A DNA stretch of 5,554 bases, taken from the IMG/VR virus record IMGVR_UViG_3300045988_005313, positions 1-5,554 of that record, one strand, 5' to 3'. Made by a program: the position numbers and the translations under genes. Shown here in pieces: positions 1 through 4,157 of this stretch (positions are counted from its first letter, which is position 1; the number at the start of each line of letters is the position of its first letter). Origin of the DNA: a virus. The notes beneath the pieces were generated by a model that was not told where the DNA came from, did no database searches, and saw nothing but the letters and a program-made list of their open reading frames with translations.

Positions 1-99
1 GTTTTTTTTTTTTTTTGGTAAAATGTAGAAAAAAGGAGGTGAGATTAATGAGCTACCGAAAAAGCGTAAATCCCAAGACGGACAAGAAGGTCTTTACCA
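1..99. repeat. Terminal direct repeat, copy 1 (identical to 5456..5554). It marks a circular genome linearised with overlap.
   Basis: Base-by-base comparison. G + T15 + GGTAAAATGTAGAAAAAAGGAGGTGAGATTAATGAGCTACCGAAAAAGCGTAAATCCCAAGACGGACAAGAAGGTCTTTACCA occurs at both ends with an offset of 5455 nt. Confidence 0.95.
16..24 (+). promoter_or_regulatory. Candidate extended -10 promoter, TGgTAAAAT, directly after the T15 tract. The second copy is at 5471..5479.
   Basis: T16 G17 g18 followed by TAAAAT at 19..24 fits the TGnTATAAT extended -10 pattern. There is no good -35, which extended -10 promoters can lack. The predicted start near 31 would leave the RBS at 33..41 and the ATG at 48 in the leader. 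Confidence 0.35.
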
Positions 100-167
100 A
101 CACCGCAAAAAAGACCAAGAAAATCAACGTGAATCCGAAACCCAGCCGGGGAGGAATCAGATTATGA
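48..167 (+). CDS. Small, highly basic 39-aa protein (MSYRKSVNPKTDKKVFTNTAKKTKKINVNPKPSRGGIRL). Putative DNA-binding/packaging protein, analogous to phiX174 J or gokushovirus ORF8.
   Basis: Hand translation. ATG 48 is preceded by AAGGAGGTG (33..41) with a 6-nt spacer. It has 9 K + 3 R against 1 D. The stop TGA 165..167 overlaps the next ATG (164) as ATGA. It is the first ORF after the terminator/promoter region. It is absent from the ORF track only because it is shorter than 60 aa. Confidence 0.65.
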   Translation: MSYRKSVNPKTDKKVFTNTAKKTKKINVNPKPSRGGIRL

Positions 168-346
168 AAGACGTGGTGAACGTTTACATCGACCACGAAT
201 GCAAAGACGAACTTCTGGACTGGGCAGAAGAATTTAAGACCAGCAGAAGCAAAGCAGCAGCAGTGGCCGTAAAGATCGGGCTGAAACACAAAGAAGAAAT
301 GTACAACCAGCTAGACAAAGAATGGAGAGAAAAATATGCTTTTTGA
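164..346 (+). CDS. 60-aa hypothetical protein with a ribbon-helix-helix-like pattern (possible CopG/Arc-type DNA-binding protein).
   Basis: GGAGG at 150..154 lies 9 nt upstream of ATG 164, and the ATGA overlap joins it to the upstream ORF. The sequence VNVYIDHECKDELLDWAEEFKTSRSKAAAVAVKIGL aligns without gaps to the beta-strand/helix/turn/helix pattern of CopG (LTITLSESVLENLEKMAREMGLSKSAMISVALENY). Confidence 0.55.
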   Translation: MKDVVNVYIDHECKDELLDWAEEFKTSRSKAAAVAVKIGLKHKEEMYNQLDKEWREKYAF

Positions 347-587
347 AATTTACAGCATCAAAGACGAACTCGCAGGGACTTTCGGCAACCTGATGGTGGT
401 CAACCCGAAGGTGGCAGCACGAACCTTCCGGTGGATGACCGAGGAGATGGAAAAGGCCGACTGCGCGGACAAGCGCGTGTACAAGATGGCAGAGTACGAC
501 AACGAAACCGGCAAGATCATGCCAATCATGCCGGAAATGGTGTACAACATCGAACAGGCGAAAAAGGAGATCACCGATAATGGTTAA
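336..587 (+). CDS. VP5: Gokushovirus VP5-like non-structural protein (83 aa).
   Basis: The N-terminus MLFEIYSIKDELAGTF...AARTFRW and the later YDNETGKI segment fit the VP5 family pattern as I remember it. GGAGA at 324..328 lies 7 nt upstream. It overlaps the upstream ORF by 11 nt and VP3 by 8 nt. Its position directly upstream of VP3 is as in gokushoviruses. Confidence 0.75.
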   Translation: MLFEIYSIKDELAGTFGNLMVVNPKVAARTFRWMTEEMEKADCADKRVYKMAEYDNETGKIMPIMPEMVYNIEQAKKEITDNG

Positions 588-1071
588 AATATACAAACCA
601 TACGGCGATGAGAAGCCGGAAGCCAAACCGAACAATCCCGGCAACCAGTACGAACCGGAGTATAAAGAGCGGTACGATGAAAACGGGGAAGCATACCTCG
701 AAAAAGTGGGCGAGGTGGACACCTACGAAAAAATCCAGAGCTACCGCGACGAATGCGATGTGATGGCAATCCTCAGCCGGTACGCTGCCGGTGATGAAAC
801 GGCACTCGCAAGACCGGGGTACTACATCGACACAACCAAACTGCCCGCAACGTACACCGAATATATCAACATGATGCGAGACCAGCGCGAGAAGTTCGAT
901 CAGCTGCCGCTGAGCATCCGTCAGGCGTTTGGCATGAGCTTCGAAAAGTGGGCAGCAAGCGCCGGTGAACAGGAATGGTGTGAAAAAATGGGCATTTTGC
1001 CGAAAACAAGCGCTGCAGCACAGCCTGATCAGAGCGCCGAAAATGACAAAGTGCACAAAAAGGAGGAATAA
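580..1071 (+). CDS. VP3: Internal scaffolding protein VP3 (163 aa).
   Basis: The segment SYRDECDVMAILSRYAAGDE...EKFDQLPLSIRQAFGMSFEKW resembles conserved gokushovirus VP3 blocks. AAGGAGA at 564..570 lies upstream. The gene sits directly upstream of VP1. Confidence 0.8.
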   Translation: MVKIYKPYGDEKPEAKPNNPGNQYEPEYKERYDENGEAYLEKVGEVDTYEKIQSYRDECDVMAILSRYAAGDETALARPGYYIDTTKLPATYTEYINMMRDQREKFDQLPLSIRQAFGMSFEKWAASAGEQEWCEKMGILPKTSAAAQPDQSAENDKVHKKEE

Positions 1072-1076
1072 AAAGC

Positions 1077-2798
1077 ATGAACCGCAACAGCGAACAGCAT
1101 TATAGCCAAGTGCCACACGCAGAAATCCGGCGAGCCAGATTCAAGCGAGATTTCAGCCTGCTGACAACCATCAACGAAGGCGATCTTGTACCGATCTACT
1201 GTGATGAGGTACTTCCTGCAGATACCTTCAAAATCAACCTAAACAGTCTGGTGCGCATGGCAACCCCACTTTATCCAGTTATGGATAACGCGTACATGGA
1301 CTTCTATTTCTTCTTTGTTCCGGCACGTCTGCTGTGGGATCACTTTGTAAATCTGATGGGACAGAACGATAAAACGTTCTGGGCAGAGACAACCGAATAC
1401 ACGACACCGGTAACCACTGCACCCGCTGGGGGCTGGAAAGTTGGCACGATCGCGGACTATTTCGGCATTCCTACCGGAGTAAGCGGGCTGAAAGTCAACT
1501 CCATGCCGTTCCGAGCTTATGTAAAGATCTGGAACGAATGGTTTCGAGACGAAAATCTCCAGCAGCCGGCACAGATGACCATGGGAGACGAAACAACCAC
1601 CGGCAGCAACGGCGAAGCAACCGGCAAGCAGAATGAGCTTAGCAAGTCGACCTTGCCGCTGACGCTGGGCGGAGAAACCGACTACATCACCGAAGCACAG
1701 AAAGGCGCAAAGCCGCTGAAAGTCTGCAAATACAAAGACTACTTTACCAGCTGTCTGCCTTCACCGCTCAAAGCAGCAGAACCGGTGAGCATCCCGATGA
1801 CAGGCAACGCAGCTGTAAGTCTGTATGACAATCAGCAACTGACGAACAAAACATCGACAAGCGAATACATCTTCCTGAACAGCACAGATAAAAACTTCAC
1901 AGTAGGAACAACGCCATATATCACGAACTGGCCAACAACATACAACAAGGGAAAACCGGCACTGATCAACGGAGCAAAAGACGTAAACAGCGCAACACAA
2001 AACGACGCATTTCTGGGGGCAGATTTGAGCACCGTGAGTGCAACGACCATCAACGAGCTGCGCAACGCAATCGCGGTGCAGCACATCTTTGAGAGAGACG
2101 CCAGAACCGGCACGCGGTACAAAGAAATCCTCAACGGTGCATGGGGCGTGACCAGCCCGGACGCACGGCTTGACCGAAGCGAATACATCGGCGGCTACAG
2201 AATGCCGATCAATATCAATCAGGTAATCCAAACGTCCAGCACCGACACGACCAGCCCGCAAGGCAACACAGCAGCGTACAGCATGACAACCTTGAGCCGG
2301 GAAATGTGCACATACTCGGCAACGGAGCACGGCTATGTGATCGGACTGGCAGCGGCGCGAGTAGATCACAGTTACCAGCAGGGACTTTCGAGGATGTGGA
2401 CAAGAAGCACCAGATTCACGTACTACGACCCGATGCTGGCAAACCTCGGTGAACAGGCAGTACTGAATCAGGAAATCTATGCACAGGGCAACGCAACCGA
2501 CACGGAAGTGTTTGGTTACCAGGAGGCCTGGGCCGATTATCGGTACAGGACTAACATGGTAACAAGCGAAATGCGCAGCAGCTACGCACAGACGCTGGAC
2601 GCATGGCACTACGCCGACAAGTACAACGAGCTGCCGAAGCTGTCTAGCAGCTGGATCAAGGAAGGTACGGAGAACATCGACAGGACGCTGGCAGTAAAAA
2701 GCGGTCTGTCTCACCAATTTATCTGCAACTTCTTCTATGATCAGACGTGGACGCGTCCCATGCCTATTTACAGCGTACCGGGTCTGGACACGATCTAA
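1077..2798 (+). CDS. VP1: Major capsid protein VP1 (573 aa), Microviridae F-protein family.
   Basis: Hallmark N-terminal blocks are present: FKRDFSLLTTINEGDLVPIYCDEVLPADTF, RMATPLYPVMDNAYMDFYFFFVPARLLWDHF, ADYFGIP, FRAYVKIWNEWFRD, DYFTSCLP and TINELRNAIAVQHIFERDARTGTRYKEIL. AGGAGG at 1061..1066 lies 10 nt upstream. Confidence 0.97.
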   Translation: MNRNSEQHYSQVPHAEIRRARFKRDFSLLTTINEGDLVPIYCDEVLPADTFKINLNSLVRMATPLYPVMDNAYMDFYFFFVPARLLWDHFVNLMGQNDKTFWAETTEYTTPVTTAPAGGWKVGTIADYFGIPTGVSGLKVNSMPFRAYVKIWNEWFRDENLQQPAQMTMGDETTTGSNGEATGKQNELSKSTLPLTLGGETDYITEAQKGAKPLKVCKYKDYFTSCLPSPLKAAEPVSIPMTGNAAVSLYDNQQLTNKTSTSEYIFLNSTDKNFTVGTTPYITNWPTTYNKGKPALINGAKDVNSATQNDAFLGADLSTVSATTINELRNAIAVQHIFERDARTGTRYKEILNGAWGVTSPDARLDRSEYIGGYRMPININQVIQTSSTDTTSPQGNTAAYSMTTLSREMCTYSATEHGYVIGLAAARVDHSYQQGLSRMWTRSTRFTYYDPMLANLGEQAVLNQEIYAQGNATDTEVFGYQEAWADYRYRTNMVTSEMRSSYAQTLDAWHYADKYNELPKLSSSWIKEGTENIDRTLAVKSGLSHQFICNFFYDQTWTRPMPIYSVPGLDTI

Positions 2799-2810
2799 TG
2801 AGGTGAAACC

Positions 2811-3734
2811 ATGGGATGGGAAGCAATCCTTCTGCAAGCACTGCCGACCCTGATAAACGTAGCTGGAAACCTCCTGCAAACCGGAATCAGCAACTTGGGC
2901 AGCGCAAAAAGCAGCCAAACAATGAACAATAGCACCGAAACGAGCAGCAGCACAAGCACCAGCACGAGCGGAAGCATGACAGAAAGCGGTGAAACAACCA
3001 GACAAGGAAGCATCTCAGGAATTGCAGATGCACTAAAAACGGCAATGGGAACACCGACCGGCAACAACAGCCAAACTGCGGGAAACTTCAACGCGATGCA
3101 AACGCAAACCGCAAACAACCTGCAAACCGGACAGTGGACAATGGCAAACATGATGAACATGTTCTCAAATCTGGTAAGCAACGGCCTAGACTATGCAAGC
3201 ATGACCAGCGCAAGGCAGTACAACAGCAAAGAAGCAGCTGTACAACGCGAATGGTCAGAAAGAATGAGCAGCACCGCATACCAACGCGGGGTGAAAGACC
3301 TACAAGCGGCAGGGCTTAACCCGGTACTAGCAGCATACAACGGTTTCGGGGCAAGCAGTCCAAGCGGAGGAACAGCAAGCACCGGTATGCAAAACTTTGC
3401 ACAGACCAGTGCAGCAGCAATACCGTCAGCGCACACCGCAACAATGCAAGCCATGTACGACTACGGCAACAACACAGCCCAGTTTCTGCAAAACGCAATG
3501 CAAGTTATCAGCAACGCGAAAGAAACAAGTCAGTACGGCATGGCACGAAGTATGCAGAACATTGCAAACCAGATCAGCACCAGCAGCGCAAAGACAGTGC
3601 AGAACATAACGCAAGATCAAAGTAGCCAAACATACACGGATAAACTTGCAGGAGTACCAAAGATCGACATACCAAGCGATAAGAAGAAGCAAGGAGGGTT
3701 TACACACGGGGGAGGCGGAGGCCGCGGGAGATAA
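2811..3734 (+). CDS. VP2: Minor capsid / DNA pilot protein VP2 (307 aa).
   Basis: It carries the conserved gokushovirus VP2 block MSSTAYQRGVKDLQAAGLNPVLA (nt 3267..3335). It is Q/N/S/T/A-rich, with a hydrophobic N-terminus. GAGGTG at 2800..2805 lies 5 nt upstream. It sits directly downstream of VP1. Confidence 0.9.
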   Translation: MGWEAILLQALPTLINVAGNLLQTGISNLGSAKSSQTMNNSTETSSSTSTSTSGSMTESGETTRQGSISGIADALKTAMGTPTGNNSQTAGNFNAMQTQTANNLQTGQWTMANMMNMFSNLVSNGLDYASMTSARQYNSKEAAVQREWSERMSSTAYQRGVKDLQAAGLNPVLAAYNGFGASSPSGGTASTGMQNFAQTSAAAIPSAHTATMQAMYDYGNNTAQFLQNAMQVISNAKETSQYGMARSMQNIANQISTSSAKTVQNITQDQSSQTYTDKLAGVPKIDIPSDKKKQGGFTHGGGGGRGR

Positions 3735-3737
3735 GCA

Positions 3738-3766
3738 TTGACAGATGTAGAAAAGAGGTGTATACT
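3738..3766 (+). promoter_or_regulatory. Near-consensus sigma70-type promoter: TTGACA (3738..3743), 17-nt spacer, TATACT (3761..3766).
   Basis: Read directly. The -35 box is perfect, the spacing is optimal at 17 nt, and the -10 box matches 5 of 6. It lies in the 75-nt gap between the VP2 stop (3734) and ATG 3810. The predicted start near 3773..3775 leaves the RBS AAGGAG (3797..3802) in the leader. Confidence 0.5.
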
Positions 3767-3809
3767 ATGGGTGTATCAATCGTACACTTTAAGCCAAAGG
3801 AGCAGTAAA

Positions 3810-4019
3810 ATGAAAAGCCAAGTGAGCAAGAGAATCAATATAAATCTAACAGACCGCGAGATCGTAGCACTCGAAAGGCTTCAAGACGAAATGACAACAC
3901 GGAACTGGAAGATGAACCAAAGCGACATCATCAGGGAAGCAATCGTATACTACTGCATGAGAGAGACGGGAGCAGTATTTGCAAACGAGTGGAAACCGAA
4001 GGAAAAGGAGCAAAGTTGA
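3810..4019 (+). CDS. 69-aa ribbon-helix-helix protein, CopG/Arc/MetJ-like putative transcriptional repressor.
   Basis: I chose ATG 3810 with AAGGAG 7 nt upstream over the track's TTG 3738 start. The sequence SKRININLTDREIVALERLQDEM-(loop)-NQSDIIREAIVYYCM matches the RHH pattern of CopG (KKRLTITLSESVLENLEKMAREMG-LSKSAMISVALENY): alternating beta-strand, helix A, then helix B starting with an N/S-x-S/D cap. Confidence 0.7.
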   Translation: MKSQVSKRININLTDREIVALERLQDEMTTRNWKMNQSDIIREAIVYYCMRETGAVFANEWKPKEKEQS

Positions 4020-4034
4020 CGCGGTTACACCGCG
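4020..4034 (+). repeat. Short GC-rich hairpin directly after the RHH gene stop (CGCGGT tac ACCGCG).
   Basis: 6-bp perfect stem (4020-4025 / 4029-4034) with a 3-nt loop. No T tail follows, so it is not a canonical intrinsic terminator. Confidence 0.6.
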
Positions 4035-4068
4035 CCAATGGGCAACAATAATCCATGGGAAAAAATGA

Positions 4069-4079
4069 GCGGGAGCTAA
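4069..4079 (+). repeat. 11-nt direct repeat GCGGGAGCTAA, copy 1 (copy 2 at 5379..5389).
   Basis: Exact match read in both intergenic regions flanking VP4. Each copy lies just upstream of a long bulged hairpin with a G5/C5 block. Confidence 0.85.
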
Positions 4080-4089
4080 ATTTTGTGTC

Positions 4090-4129
4090 AGTGGGGGGAA
4101 TAGACATCAAGAGGGTCTATTCCCCCACT
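4090..4129 (+). repeat. Long stem-loop: 15 bp, one bulged G, 9-nt loop ATCAAGAGG.
   Basis: AGT(G)GGGGGAATAGAC pairs with GTCTATTCCCCCACT. I checked the pairing position by position from 4090-4129 in to 4105-4115, with G4093 bulged. Confidence 0.85.
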
Positions 4130-4157
4130 CTCCCCGGGAAGGAGGAAACGTCCATAC

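Noticed and set aside
41-53. GATTAATGAG resembles the ATTAAT core of the phiX174 origin (CAACTTGATATTAATAAC).
   Set aside because: Only a 6-nt AT-rich match, and it coincides with the RBS-to-ATG spacer of the first gene. It is too short to be meaningful without nicking data.
1-99. The terminal direct repeats as LTR-like ends of a mobile element or prophage att sites.
   Set aside because: The repeat cuts through a gene (48..167) and ends arbitrarily at the window edge. Its exact identity and 99-nt length fit an assembly overlap of a circular molecule, not biological repeats.
53-1116. Minus-strand ORFs 53..289, 234..722, 350..574, 571..1116, 584..769 and 866..1087.
   Set aside because: The same composition artefact applies. 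They are hydrophobic or Cys-rich junk translations, antisense to the coupled + strand gene chain, with no initiation signals.
1761-3005. 414-aa ORF on the minus strand, antisense to VP1/VP2, together with the minus-strand ORFs nested or overlapping in this region (1832..2188, 2215..2403, 2795..3181).
   Set aside because: The translations are Cys/Arg/Val-rich nonsense and show no motif I recognise. I did not look for SD motifs upstream of these ORFs. They lie antisense to strongly conserved capsid genes. Their length is explained by T scarcity on the + strand, which removes minus-strand stop codons. Known Microviridae encode all genes on one strand.
3088-3707. Minus-strand ORFs 3088..3279, 3191..3454, 3316..3498 and 3426..3707, and + strand alternative-frame ORFs 3134..3319 and 3397..3609, all inside VP2.
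   Set aside because: None has an SD motif upstream. The products are R/Q/C-rich low-complexity sequences typical of out-of-frame reading of an A/C/G-rich gene. None has a TM segment that would suggest an embedded lysis gene.
3738-3809. The track's TTG start at 3738, giving a 93-aa version of the RHH ORF.
   Set aside because: The TTG is the first half of a perfect TTGACA -35 box and has no RBS. ATG 3810 has AAGGAG 7 nt upstream, and the RHH beta-strand begins a few residues after it. The extra 24 residues (MTDVEKRCILWVYQSYTLSQRSSK) look non-coding.
4038-4079. A 13-codon ORF (MGNNNPWEKMSGS) in the RHH-rep spacer, ending in the TAA of the 11-mer motif.
   Set aside because: No SD motif precedes ATG 4038. 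The second copy of the 11-mer at 5379..5389 lies in a frame with no start codon, so the motif is better explained at the nucleic-acid level.
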